A stretch of 64,000 bases of DNA from the human T2T-CHM13v2.0 reference genome, Homo sapiens. A program made the translations under genes and the position numbers. The stretch lies in NCBI RefSeq assembly GCF_009914755.1, contig NC_060938.1. One strand, 5' to 3'. The notes under the pieces are model-generated. The model had not been told where the DNA came from. It made no database searches and was given only the letters and a program-made list of their open reading frames with translations. The number at the start of each line of letters is the position of its first letter. The first letter of the stretch is position 1. Below, in pieces: positions 41,861 through 56,189 of the stretch.

Positions 41861-44269
41861 TAAAAAAAAGAAAACAAAAAGTGAAACCTCTAGGCCCTAA
41901 AACTTGGAATATCTTCTTTGACCATTATAGGTTTAGGAACCTGGGATTATATTTTAATCTCTATGGGCCTGATCACATTATTTGGTTCAGCAAAGAGTAA
42001 TCAACACTGTTTATTGGTTCTCACTTACAATAACAACTAAAGAGAAAACAGGAAGGAAAAAGTAGATATAAGTAAAAGTAAATATTGCAAAATTTGACGA
42101 CTTACATATAATGTTAGAAGTTCCAATAAATATAATGGACTGAAAACACTGTAGCCTATTCTTTCTTTCTTAAGTGAACAAAACTAAAGAAAGTAATTTT
42201 AAAAAATAAATAATGCATTGAAAAATAAGAAAGTTTTCTCTACTAGGATTCATGAGGGATAGCTGAAAAAATAAAAGAATAACATAGAAAAAGAAAGTAA
42301 TGGTCCGAAACAGACATAGGAGAGGAAAGTAAAAAACGAGGCAGGAGCTACTTTGAATAGGAGGTTGTTCAAATCAATGGATAGGGCAATTGGTTGTGGC
42401 AGCACGACAGTGGTAGCCAGGAAGTCTGCTGTTTCCTTCTCCACCAGGCATCAAGCTTTAATCAAGGTGCTTTTGTGCAGAAGCAGTATAACTGGATGGT
42501 GAAATTAAAATGTTAACACAGTGTCTGGGATCATTGGTGACCCCAGAAGAAATAGAGGGAAGTTTTATATACAATAAAACGCCCCATACTTCCTTCATTC
42601 CTACCATAGGCAAACAGTAATGTAAGCCTTCCTAGCTCTTTCTGTCCCTCCTATCAAGTTTTGCAGAGATTAAAAAGGCATATTAGCATTCTAACTACAA
42701 ATTGCCACCACCAAGAAGAATTACCGAGAAAAGATAATATCACGAAAGAGACTTACACAACTCAATAAATAGAATTACATTAAAAGCATGTTAGATTATA
42801 TGAATACTTCTTGGATATAATGTTAGAATACATATAATTAATGTCCTCAGAAAGATAAGTTACTGTATCCATAAAAAGATTTTAAAAAATATTATTTGGA
42901 ATTTAAAATTTAATGATTAGATTATTATATTAATAGAAAATAGACATTGCTGAAGAGCAGGTAGCACGCTGAAAGTTTACATTGCAATTTTTAGGACAGT
43001 AAGCTAAAAATAGAGGTGAAAATTTTAAGAAAAAAGTTAATATACATGGAGGTAAATGAGTCATTGAAACATTATTTAAGTATAGTGTTAGAAAAATAAA
43101 AGTGTTAAAAAATAAAAGTATAAAGAATACTCAAAAATGCAGTGACATTGATTAAAAGAACTAAAGCATAGAATTCACCTATATGACATTATAAGAGTCA
43201 TCCTAAAATCACTGAAACAGGAAGACATAAAAAGGTAAAAATCACATACAAGATGATTGCTTACAAAAAGAAAGAAGACAAAGTATAACTCAAGATAAAG
43301 TGCTTAAAAAAGAATAAAATGAATATATATTGTTGGCAAGAGGGAAATTTAAGAAGGTATGATAACTATTAAACCATATATTATCCTAGTTGTAAGGTAT
43401 ATAAAATAAAAATTGATCAAATCATATTAAGAAATTTATACATAAATAACTATAGACAGAAAAACTTTTCTCAGAAAATTGATGAGGACCAAAAAATGTA
43501 AGTCTATATAGGGTTTATGATAACAACCTTAATTTAATAGATAGTGTGAAATAAGTAAACAGTCCTGGAAGTGGATCACATCCTTTAGGGAAAACAAGAA
43601 AGAGTCATAAAAACAACTAGTATAGGCTCAGGGCATACAGACATAAATTTAATAAACATAAAAATTAACCCCATGTAGGCAAACTATTTCATCTTGTAAT
43701 GTTCCTAATATCCTTACCAATCCAGATGATTAATTTAAACTAATATTGGTACTCTGATTCCCTTTCTAGAAATTGCTCTATGATTAGTTATGTGACTTAT
43801 GCTAGTGCCTGAGCATAAAGTGAGGTATTCTCAGAAAATTCCTGACAAGGTTTAACATCTAGCACTTGACTAAGTGATAATGGTCTGTTTAAATACTTCC
43901 TCACCAAACATGCCATATTTTTTTTTTGGACCATATCTTGCCTCTGTGATATTTTATATTTTGGAATATGCAGAAAGCAATTTTCCATGTATTGCAAGTT
44001 TGAATGTTTTGTGGGTTTTTATTTTTTTAACCCCTTCTTTAGCTTTCCTTGGTCAGGTGTTGTTAACTCACTACTTTGTATCTCTCTTTTGTCTTCTTTG
44101 AGTCCTCTTGAATCCTACTCCCAACCTCTATTATACATAAATGGAATATCTTCACAGCTGTACCCTCATCTTACTTTTTATAATGAAAAGTAGGACAGAG
44201 ATAGTGCAACTTTTCTCAATAGTCTTAGATTTTATCTTTCTAATTAAGAGATATTTATTCAACCATTTA

Positions 44270-45710
44270 GGGCAACAAATATTAATTTAGATCACCTCAT
44301 CTCTCTTACTTTGTATCATACCCAAGTATAAGTTTTCTGAATTGTAGCTCTAAATATGAACATGAAAAATAAGTTTTTTAGAATAAAACCTGGGAGAATA
44401 TCTTCAGAACTTGCAGTAGGCAAATGTTTGACAAATAGAACATTAAAATGCCCAGATCACATGATATTTTTTATAAATTGGGTGATATTGATATCAATAA
44501 TTTATCTTCATCAAGAGTAACCATGAAAAGAATGGTAATTTAGGCCAGGCACGGTGGCTCACGCCTGTAATCCCAGCACTTTGGGAGGCTGAGGCGGGCA
44601 GATCATGAGGTCAGGAGATCGAGACCATCCTGGCTAACAAGGTGAAAACCCCTCTCTACTAAAAATACAAAAATTAGCTGGGTGTGGTGGCGGGTGCCTG
44701 TAGTCCCAGCTACTTGGGAGGCTGAGGCAGGAGAATGGCATGAACCGGGAGGCAGAGCTTGCAGTGAGCCGAGATTGCGGCCACCGCACTCCAGCCTGGG
44801 CGACAGAGTGAGACTCCGTCTCAAAAAAAAAAAAAAAAAAAAAGGTAATGTAACTCACAGAGTTAGAGGTAAAATTTACAATACGCATATCCAACCAATG
44901 TCTTATATTTAGAATACATCAAGAATTTTAACAAATTAACAGGAAATAGATAACCCTATAGAAAAATTGGCAAAGGATTCAATAAGCACTTGACAAAAGA
45001 GATCACCAAATGGATAATAAAAATTATAAAAATTTAATTTGCTGCATATTCAACCCCTAAGGTCATACCATTACTCATTCACCAGAGCCATTAATAGTAA
45101 AAAGACAGACAATACTGTTAGTGAAGATAACGGATTACTGCAACAAGTTAGTAGATATTTGACAATCTCTATTAAAGCTGAACGTATGCACATTTTATTA
45201 CAAGCAACTATACCTCTAAGTATATAGCCAATCCATTAAGTTTATGTATGTTTACTAAAAAATGCGTGCAAGTATTTTTAATAGTGCTTTTCATAATAGT
45301 CAAACACTGTGGACTAGCCAAATGGGTTTGACTGAATCAAAACATTATGATATGTTCACACAATGGAACACTATTTAGAGATGGATGTGCATGAACTAAA
45401 ACAGCAACAATATGGATAAATATCACAAATAACATTTTGAGCAAAGTAAGAGTACAGAAAATGTATTTCTTCCATGTAGAGTTGAAAACAAAAAACATTA
45501 ATCTCTAATGTTAGAGGTCAGAATAGCGTTTACTCTTCTGGGGGTTGTTATTTTGACCTGAAGGAATACAGGAAATTTTCAGCATCTAGAAGTGTCCTGT
45601 TTCTTTATCTAGATGCTTATTCCATAAGTGTGTTTAGATAAAGGTTATCACTTGTAACTTTTGCTTATACATTTTTGTGTTTGTTATAATGCAACAAAAT
45701 ATAAAAAGAA
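44270..45710 (+). mobile_element. Old L1ME-like ORF2 end and 3' UTR
   Basis: cacctcatctctcttac, gaaaaattggcaaagga, tgttagaggtcagaatagcgtttac. Confidence 0.6.
44543..44843 (+). mobile_element. AluY
   Basis: gagatcgagaccatcctggctaac and gagaatggcatgaac (AluY diagnostics), A tail, degenerate TSD aa(t/a)ggtaat(t/g)ta. Confidence 0.95.
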
Positions 45711-45714
45711 GGGG

Positions 45715-46099
<385 letters not shown>

Positions 46100-47279
46100 C
46101 TAATACAGAATTGGTAGCTAATTATGGATTTTATCTAGATTCTCCAACATTTTCCACTACAATCTTAATAACATATTTAATATATAAAAATACGGGTTTA
46201 CTCAAGTTTTATCAAAAACAAACAACATTATAAGATAGTAAAGAGCTCTCCTTGAAAATGTTTTTTTCTATTAAAGCAAATACAATGGAAATAATTTAGT
46301 ATTATTTTATTTGCAAATAATATTGACATGACAATTTATTTAAATGTATTTATAAACTTAAATTTTAACATTTATTTTTAACAGTCACACAATTAACACC
46401 TGATTGTTGGCACCTGTTACTTTGTTTGCCAGGTTAAAATATATATACTTAAGTGTATTATTGTTCTTCTCTCACTAGTCCTCACTAGTCCTTAGTCATT
46501 TTTAAACCCTTTGTCCTTATCACTTCATAAAGTGAAAACATTAAAAACTTTTTTACTGAATTGTTGTCCCAAAACAAAAACAAATATGATGTAATAGATA
46601 ACTACCCAACACTGTAAATTTACTAGGGATTGAAAATGCATTGTCATGTTAAAAATTATTTCATTGGTCTCTGCCTCTGTTAAGTAAAACTTTGAGAGAT
46701 AAGGAAAGCTGTCTTCTATTTGCTAGCTCCTTATTTCCTTAAATGCCAATTCAATTTGCAGAAGCATAAAGAGAGAAAGTAAAATATTCTGCTGCAATTC
46801 TTTATGAACTGTGTCAAACTGTATAACTGCTAATTTTCTTGAACAGAAGAAAATAATTTTACAATCTCTTTTAGAGAAGTAGAGAGGAGATATCTTTCTT
46901 CTTGACATTAGCATAGTTCTTCACCATGCAGTGCCTAACAGGTGAATGCAGCAACATTATTTTATTTCCTTTATCAGTTTATTTTGCTTTCTTATAAGCT
47001 AAATTTTGTAGAACTCAAAACTTTCTATGGTTTACTGTCTTACAAAGATTCAAGTTATTAAGGCAGATGCCAAAATAAACATTAGAATAAACAGATATTT
47101 ATACCACACTTCATTTGTGTTCACCACACTAGTGACCATTTACTTAAAAATATATCTCAATTAAAATACTTTTACAATGATCCTAGGGCAAATCATGTTT
47201 TTAACAGTTTTTTTTTTTTTTTGGAAGCAAGTTAATATTAGAGGACTAGCACATATTCCAACTTTTAGTAAAAGAGTAA

Positions 47280-48210
47280 GCTATAGATAACTATGGTTCA
47301 TATACTTATAAGACAGAAGATCATTCTCAGATACTACACATGTCAGCAATATTTGATGCATACAGTTATTCCTCACTGGAAACACTTTTCTCACTGGGAT
47401 GCTAAAACATGTGATCTTTGTTTTCCTTCTTTATCACTAGACTCCTCTCATTCTCTTTTCAAATTTCTTCTTTCCAGCTTTTAAATCTTCTCTGTCTATA
47501 TAAATTACCTAGGTGCCCTCATCCACTCTTACGGTTTCAAGCATTTAAATATTCCTAAGTTCCAAACTTATATTTAAAATCTCGTACCTTTCCCTTTTCC
47601 TTTATCATTGATGAATTTACTTAGATATGTAATAGACATACGAAAATTAACTCTGAATTGAACCATTTTTTATGCTTTCACTATCTTGGTTTAAACTCTC
47701 AAAATCTTTCACTTGCATTTTTGCACCTTCCTCCTAGCTGGCTTCTTTGTGTCACTATGTCTGACTTCATCTTCTACTACTCTTGTTCACTCTACCCAAG
47801 CCATACTTTCCCCCTTGTTTTTCCTTAAAAACATCTAATTCATGTTTCTTCCAAATTTTACACTAGTTATTCAACCTGGAACACGCTTCTATAGCTATCT
47901 TCATGGAACTCTCCCTGTGCTCTTGCAAGCCTTTTCTAAAATGTCAAATTTTTCATTAAGCTTATCCTGACTACTCTATTTAAATTGCAAACTTCCCAAA
48001 CCCAACCTGACATCCCCAATTTCCATTTTATGCTCTAATTTTTTCCAGAGCTTTGTCTCCTACTATGTATTATATTATTTACCCACTGTGATTACTGTTT
48101 CCATCTACTAGCATGTAAGCCCAATATAGATTTGCATCTGTTTTGTTACCAGATTCTATCCCAACGCTAGACACGTTAGCAGTTCAAAAAATAATTGCTG
48201 AATTAATGAA
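47280..48210 (+). mobile_element. LINE-2 3' region
   Basis: Pyrimidine-rich L2 body ending aataattgctgaattaatgaa. Confidence 0.7.
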
Positions 48211-48651
48211 CAAAGAAAAGATTTTTCTGCTGAGCTTGAAGCCTATGTTAGCCAAAAATATTGACATGAAGTTACTCATTTATAAAGATTCCAATTTTCT
48301 TTTTAGCTACCATTGTTAGGGTAGGGATACTATTTAGTGGTGGTGTTCATAAGCATAATGACATACATATAAATAAATAAATAGATAAGACATCTTCTCA
48401 TCTTAATTCTAAACAGAATCTGGTCCTCTTTGTCAGAATGAGTTTAAATTATGTTTTCTTTAAAATGTAAACTTGAACATATGTATTTCACATTACTCTT
48501 TCACAAAAACTCTATTTTAAAATCACTCTGTGAGTGTGTGTATATATGTATATACATATATATTCATTTTAACAACAACAACTTCAGAATATCATAGTTT
48601 TTTGGATGCAACAAGTTATGTCTTTCCCACATGCAATCGAAAATACATTAA

Positions 48652-48870
<219 letters not shown>

Positions 48871-49902
48871 TAAAACTATTTCTATCTACACATGATATAA
48901 TCTTGTATGTAGAAAAAGCCAAGGATTCTATGCAAAATATATTAGAGCTATTAAACAAATTCAACAAGTTTAAGAATACAAGATCAATATATAAAAATAT
49001 AATTTTATACACCAGCAATAAACAAAAGTGAAATTAAGAAAACAATTAAATGTACAATAGCATCAAAAATAATAAAGTTTAGGAATAAATACAACAAAAT
49101 GAGTATAAGAGCTGTATACTGATGTCTACAAAATATCATTGACAAAAAAATTTAAAAAGTTTTTCCTCATCAGTGTGATACTAGCTGTGGTAGAACATAC
49201 AGCTTTTATTATATTGAGGTATGTTCCATCTATATCTAGTTTTTAAGAGTTTTTGTTATGAAAAGATGTTGAATTTTATCAAATATTTTTCAGCATCAAT
49301 TAAAATAATCATATGGCTTTTGTCCTTCATTCTGTTGATATGATATATTACATTGACTGATTTGAAAATGTAGAACCATCTTTTCATCCTGGGGATAAAT
49401 CCTACTTGGTCATGATGAAGGACCTTTTTAATGTGTTGCTAAATTTGACTTGCTAGTATTTTTTTGAGGACTTTTAATCAATATTCAAAGATATTGGCCT
49501 GTATTTTCCTTTTTTTGATGTGTCTTTGGTTTTGCTATAAAGGTCATACTGATTTCATAGAAAGAGTTTAAAAATATTTCCCCTGCTTCTATTTTTGGGA
49601 TAGTTTGGGTAAGATTGGTATTAATTTTAAAAATATTAAAATAATATTAAGCATCTTTTATGATCACAATGGAAGAAAACTAGAAATCAATAACAAGAGA
49701 AATTTTGGAAACTATACAAACACATAGAAATTAAACAATTTGCTACTGAATAAACAGTGGTCAATGAAGAAATTAAGAAGAAATTGAAAAATTGCTTGAA
49801 ACAAACGGTAATAGAAACACAACATACAAAAATGTATGGGATACAAATAAGGCAGAACGAAGAAGAAATTTATAGTTATAAGCACGTACATCAAAAAAGA
49901 AG

Positions 49903-50190
<288 letters not shown>

Positions 50191-50789
50191 AAAAAAGAAG
50201 AAAAACTTCAAATAAACACCATAATGATATATCTCAAAGAACTAGAAGAGCAAAAGTCAACCAAATCCTAAATCAAGCTATAATAAACTAAGAGCAGAGA
50301 TAAGTGAAATTGAAATGATAAAAAAATACAAAAAATGATCAAAACAAAAAGTTGGGTTTTTAAAAAGATAAAGAAAATGGGCAAAACTTTAGCCAGACTA
50401 AGAAAAAAAGAGAAGTTACAAATAAATAAAATTAGAGATGAAAAGGAGATAGTACAACTGATAGGCAGAAATTCAAAGAATCATTAGTGACTACTGTGAG
50501 TGACTGTACGCCAATAAATTTGAAAATCTAGAAGCAATGAGTAAGTTCCTAGACATACACAGTCGTATCAAAATTGAACCATGGTGTGTCTAAAGAAATG
50601 TCATCCAGGAGCTACTGTCTATTTTTATACCAGCACCATGTTGTTTTGGTTACTACAGCTTTGTAGTATAATTTGAAGTCAGATAATGTTTGTTCTTTTT
50701 GCTTAGGATTGCCTTGGATATTCAAGGTATGTTCTGTTGCATATGAAGTTTAGAATTATTTTCTCTAATATTGTAAAAAATAATGTTGG

Positions 50790-50995
50790 GACCAGCCTGG
50801 ACAACATGGTGAAACCCTGTCTCGACTAAAAATACAAAAATTAGCCAGGCATGCAGAAGTGCCTGTAATCCCAGCTACTTGTGGGACCGAGGCAGAAGAA
50901 TTGCTTGAACGCGGGATGTGGAGGTTGCAGTGAGCCTAGATGGATTGCGCCATCGCACTCCAGCCTGGGGGACAAGAGAGAGACTTCGTGTCAAA

Positions 50996-51039
<44 letters not shown>
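50790..51039 (+). mobile_element. 5'-truncated AluS (Sq/Sp-like) with (AAT)n tail
   Basis: gaccagcctggacaacatgg...gacaagag; TSD aataatgttgg. Confidence 0.9.
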
Positions 51040-51040
<1 letters not shown>

Positions 51041-51169
51041 TTGGTATTTTGATAGAGATTGCATTGAATCCGTAGATTGCTTTCGGCAGTATGGTTATTC
51101 TAGTAATATAAATTCTTCCAATCAGTGAGCATGTATCTATTTATGTACCATAATATTTGCTATTTCAAA

Positions 51170-52535
51170 GCATACAACTCATATATGCCTTAATTTAAAA
51201 CACTTTATTGCTAAACAGTGCTAACAGTCATCTGAGCCTACAGTGAGTCCAAATATTTTTATTGGTGGAGAGTCTGGTCTCCATGTTGATGACTGCTCAG
51301 TGCAGTGGTTGATAAAGATTTGGCTGGCTATGGCAATTTCTTAAAATAAGAAAACAATAAAGTTTGCCCCATCCATTAATCCTTCCTTTCAGAAAATATT
51401 TCTGTGTAGCATGCCAGAAGTTTGATGGCATCTTGCCCACAATAGAACTACTTTCAGAACTGAAGTCAGCACTCTGAAAGCCTGCTGCTGCTTTATCAGC
51501 TAAGTATATGTGATATGTAATCCTTTGTTGTCATTTCAACAATGTTCACAGAACTTTCACCTGGAGTAAATTCCATATCAAGAAAACACTTTATTTGCTC
51601 ACTCATAAGAAGCAACTCCTCATCTGTTGAAGGTTTATCATGAGATTCCTGCAATTCAGTCACATCTTTAGGCTCCACTTCTAATTCTAGTTCACTTGCA
51701 ATTTTCAACACATGTTCAGTAACTTCTTCCACTAAAGTCTTGAACACCTTCAGGTTATATGTGAGAGTTTATTTAGCAGAATTCTTAAGGACTCTGGGAT
51801 TTTTGGATTAATAAATGAACATTGGCTTCAACTTAAAGTCAGCAACTGTGCTAGCCCCTAACAAGAGAGACAGTTTGTCCTTTGAAGCCGTGAAGTCAGG
51901 CGTTGATGTCTCCTATCGAGCTATGCAAGCTCTAGGTGACATCTTCTTCCGACAGAAGAATGTTTTGTCTACCTTCAAAAATCTGTTGTTTACTATAGCC
52001 ACTGTTATCTGTTATCTTAGCTAAATCTTCTGTATAACTTGCTGCAGCTTCTAAGTAGAACTTGCTTCTTCATCTTGAACATTTATGTTAAATGGCTGTT
52101 TTCCTTAAACCTCATGAACAACCTACACTAGCTTCAAACTTTTCTTTGCAGCTTCCTCGCCCTTCTCAGCCTTCATGGAATTAAGGAGCATATTCAAAAT
52201 TTCCCCCCAAAATATAAATGTCTGAGGTGATGAATATTCCAGTTACTTAGATTTGACCATTACATGTTGTATGCTTGTATCAAAATATCACGTGTAGCCC
52301 ATAAGTATGTAAATCAATTACCAAAATGTGACACAGAAGCACAAAGCGAGCAAATGCTGTTGGAAAAATGAAACATATAGACTTTTTGGACTCAAGGTTG
52401 CCACAAGCATTATATATATATAATATATATATTATATATATAATATATCTCATATATATGATACACAGTATCTACCATATACACAGTATCTACAAAGTAC
52501 AATAAAGTGAAGTGCAGTATAAGGAGTTATGACTA
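51170..52535 (-). mobile_element. Internally deleted Tigger1, interrupted by an L1MA 3'-end fragment (~52195-52310) and an AT-rich tract
   Basis: Homologous to the Tigger1 at 31944-34577; transposase C-terminal remnant [20 protein letters not shown] in ORF 51496-51747. Confidence 0.85.
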
Positions 52536-52840
52536 TATTTTATTTATATTATGTATATTTGAAAATGGAGAACATTATGTGTTGTCAATGTTATATAGTA
52601 AATATAGAGTAAGAATTAACTTTCCAGAGATATAGAGAGTAAGCTCACGTTCTAGTTTGAATTAGGTTTGTGTCAGTGCATAAAAACCAAGAGTATTTTA
52701 AATAAGGGTATTATTATTCCTGCCTATTTAAATAGTGATTTATTAGTATTAAGTTTTAGAATGTTTAGCTGTTTCTCTGTTTGTCTTAAGTAGCAAATAT
52801 GTAATTAACACAATTGCCATATTCTGTGTATAATATTTTA

Positions 52841-52882
<42 letters not shown>

Positions 52883-53230
52883 CACACACATATATATATG
52901 GAGACATACACATATATATACGTGGAGACCAGACTCTTCACCAATAAAAATATTTGAACTCACTGTAGGCTCAGATGATTGTTAGCGCTGTTTAGCAATA
53001 AAGTGTTTTAAATTAAGGCATATATGACTTGTACACTCTGAAATAGCAAATCGTATGGTACATAAATAGATCCATGCTCACTGATTGGAAGAATTTATAT
53101 TACTAGAATAACCATACTGCCGAAAGCAATCTACAGATTCAATGCAATCTCTATCAAAATACCAACATTATGTATATATACATATATATATATATACACA
53201 CACACATATATACATATGTATATATGTATA
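52841..53230. repeat. Compound (TC)n(TA)n(CA)n microsatellite split by a 251-bp inverted copy (52921-53171) of 51035-51285
   Basis: Ungapped reverse-complement alignment with 13 mismatches counted by eye. Confidence 0.95.
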
Positions 53231-53400
53231 TTTTTTTCAGACAGAGTCTCACTCTGTTGCCCAGACTGCAGTGCACTAGCATGATCTAGGCTCACTGCAA
53301 CCTCTCCCTCCCGGGTTAGAGTGATTCTCCTGCCTCAGCCTCCCAAGTAGCTGGTATTACAGGCATCCACCACAACGCTGGGCTAATTTTTAATAGACAT
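53231..53400 (-). mobile_element. AluS right-arm fragment
   Basis: cagacagagtctcactctgttgcccagactgcagtgc...gggctaattttt. Confidence 0.9.
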
Positions 53401-55599
53401 GTGGTTTCTATATACATTTTTTTACTTTCCCCTAACCCTTGCCCTTGGCAAACTCTAAAAAAGATATGAGTTCTTGATTCACTCTATAATTATATGATTT
53501 CTCAACAGGAATGTCAGTGCATAATAAAGTCTTCAGCAATGAAAGATACACATCTCCATACTTTCAAATTTTGTGACAAAATGAAAAGTTTCACAGTTTC
53601 ATTTTTTTTTAATTCAGTGAAATGTGTTCACAGAATCTCAATGTGTCTTTTTTTCTGTGAACAATTTGGTTTGGTTCATTTCCTTTATCAATTACGTTAA
53701 CATTTAATAAAATACAGATTATGAATAAGCACTCAAATGGTAATTTTCAAAAAGATTGTGTCTATGAAGTGGAACAAACACTAAAGGTAAGAAAATGGAC
53801 TCTAATGAGTACTTCAAGATATGTGGTAATGTGTAAGTTATTTAATGGGTATCTTTCCATGTAAATTAAATTCTATTCTTAATGAATGTCTTCTTTGGAG
53901 TATTTTGCTAACATTTACTAATTATTTTGAGAGGCTTGTCAATGTGTTGTAAAATGGAATAAAATGTTTTGTTAGAAAAGATGATATGAAATAACTCTTC
54001 AAGGATTATGTTTGCAGAACAGCAATTCACGGAAAAATTCAGATCCATCAATTTCCTATAGGAAGTAAATGATTCATTTGAATTGTAAGTACATAAAGCT
54101 TTTTTGTTTTTTGCAAAGTAAGACCCATTCATGACATGTTATTTTAATTATATTATTTTGCTTCCTACATTCAAATAAAATTGTACAAAACTTACTTAGC
54201 TTTATTATTTCCTTTATTGTCTGAAATAATATTACAGCCTATGAACCTTTCTCTGGGAGTCTGTGAGCCCTTGATGGATGAGTACTGAGTAATTCTGAAT
54301 TATTGTGTATCTTATTTAATGATATAAACTACTAGGAAGTAAAAAATGATGTCTTTCACCAGTTGAAGGGTCTATTTCTGTCCTCTCCTATTCTGCAAAT
54401 TATGCAGCATTCACCAAATTTCCTATAAATGTTATTTTATACTTTCATATACCTATGCTACTCTAAAAACACCTTAAAAATCAGTAAGTTTAAGTAATCT
54501 GATAGTCACATTTTAACCTCTATATAGCAAACTGAACAAACTTCAAATATTTCAGATATACATGATTCGTACTTCCCATAACAAGTTTCTGAACTCAACT
54601 AAATGTTGTGATCTGTGTCACACCAATTTGAAGAGATTAGATATCATTTTCAAAAAGTGCAGAAATGGACCAAGTGTACCCAAGTCTCAGACTGTCCTAG
54701 TTATTTTCTTGGCCATAATTGTTCAGTATTCATTTGACCAGGAAGAATATGAGAAGCAGAGATGGTTACGAAGCTAGAAATCTCTACTCCCAGAATATAC
54801 AAGAAGTCTAATGAGAATACAGTTAAAGTATCTTGGGTCTTTTAATTTACCATGTGTGCTTCTCTTGTCTGTGTCATATTTGTTTCTGCCTATAAAATGT
54901 ATTTTCCTTTTCCAGCCCATATGACTGTAACATGACCCGAATTTTATATGTATCAATTTGTTATTCCCAATTCAAATTTCTGGATATGGGATAGAGTACT
55001 TAATTAGCATGAGTGTTTTTAAGTCTTACATAAGATGTATTCTCTGCTTACCTCAAGAATATATGGAAGTCTGGTACTGATTCTTGACCAAGGTAAGAAT
55101 GGATTAAGCTAGCTATTGATTTATAAAATGCTGTTTAAAATTCAAAACTCTCTTGGTGTCACTCAGGGCCAGCTTGTTTGTATTCATTAGAGATGCATAG
55201 ATTAAAAATTTACACTTCAATCTACACATCCAACTATTGGCCAATAGTTATCCAAGTATTGGCCACAGGATTTCTTGACTAGGTGGCCAGTAGGGCATAA
55301 AAAACCTTTCTGAAAACTTTTTAAAAAATTTCTTCTGAAATGAAGATTTCTCGTACATATGTTAGTCGTTCAAAATCCAGAGATAAAGTCCATCTTATGA
55401 GAGTAAGAAAGGGAGCCGGTGAACTGCATTTAGAAGCTGCTTAGGTCTGCACAGCTTTCTTGTTCTTTTTTCCTTTGTTGTTATAGCATACACTTTATTA
55501 AAGACTTGTATGACTTCTTTCTATTATCGGACCTATGTAATCATAAGGTCCAAATATTTATCATGATAGTAAGATTATAAAATTATTTAAAGATAAAGG

Positions 55600-56184
55600 A
55601 CATGATTAGAGTCACAGTTAACATAATACTGCCACACAGAAAATAAGTACTTTTTCCCAAAAAGAAAAAAAATTGCATATATAGCATATATATATAACAT
55701 AAATATATGTGCACACACACATAAATGACAGGAATTGGTACACATGGTGTGATTATGGAGGCTGACAATTTCCAAATCTGTAGTCATCAAGCCTGAGACA
55801 CAGGAGATCTAATAGTGTACTTCTTGTATGAAGGCTGGCCAACCCAAGACCTGGGATGAGTCAATGTTTCAATTTCAGTCTGAAGGCAAGAGGAAAATAG
55901 TACCAGCTCAAAGGCAGTCAGGCAAGAGGAATTCTCTTTTCTTTGGAGGATGATCAGCTTTCTATGGTATTCAATTCTTCAAATGATTGGGTGAGGCTCA
56001 CCCATATTTGGGAGAGCAACCTTCTTTACTCCACTGATGGATTTCCATATTAATCTCATCCAAAAACACCCTCACACACATGAATCATAATATTTAACCA
56101 ACTATCTGTTTAACCAAATAACGTTTAACCAACTATCTGAGCTTTCTGTGGCTAGACAAGCTGACATATAATATTAACAATAAC
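55600..56184 (-). mobile_element. MLT2B-like LTR
   Basis: ggaattgg...gattatggaggctgac...aatctcatccaaaaacaccctcac...ctgacatataatattaac. Confidence 0.75.
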
Positions 56185-56189
56185 ATAAT

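Noticed and set aside
40310-43500. Possible HAL1/L1M 5' fragments flanking the MLT1 LTR
   Set aside because: A-rich and L1-like, but boundaries and family cannot be supported by eye.
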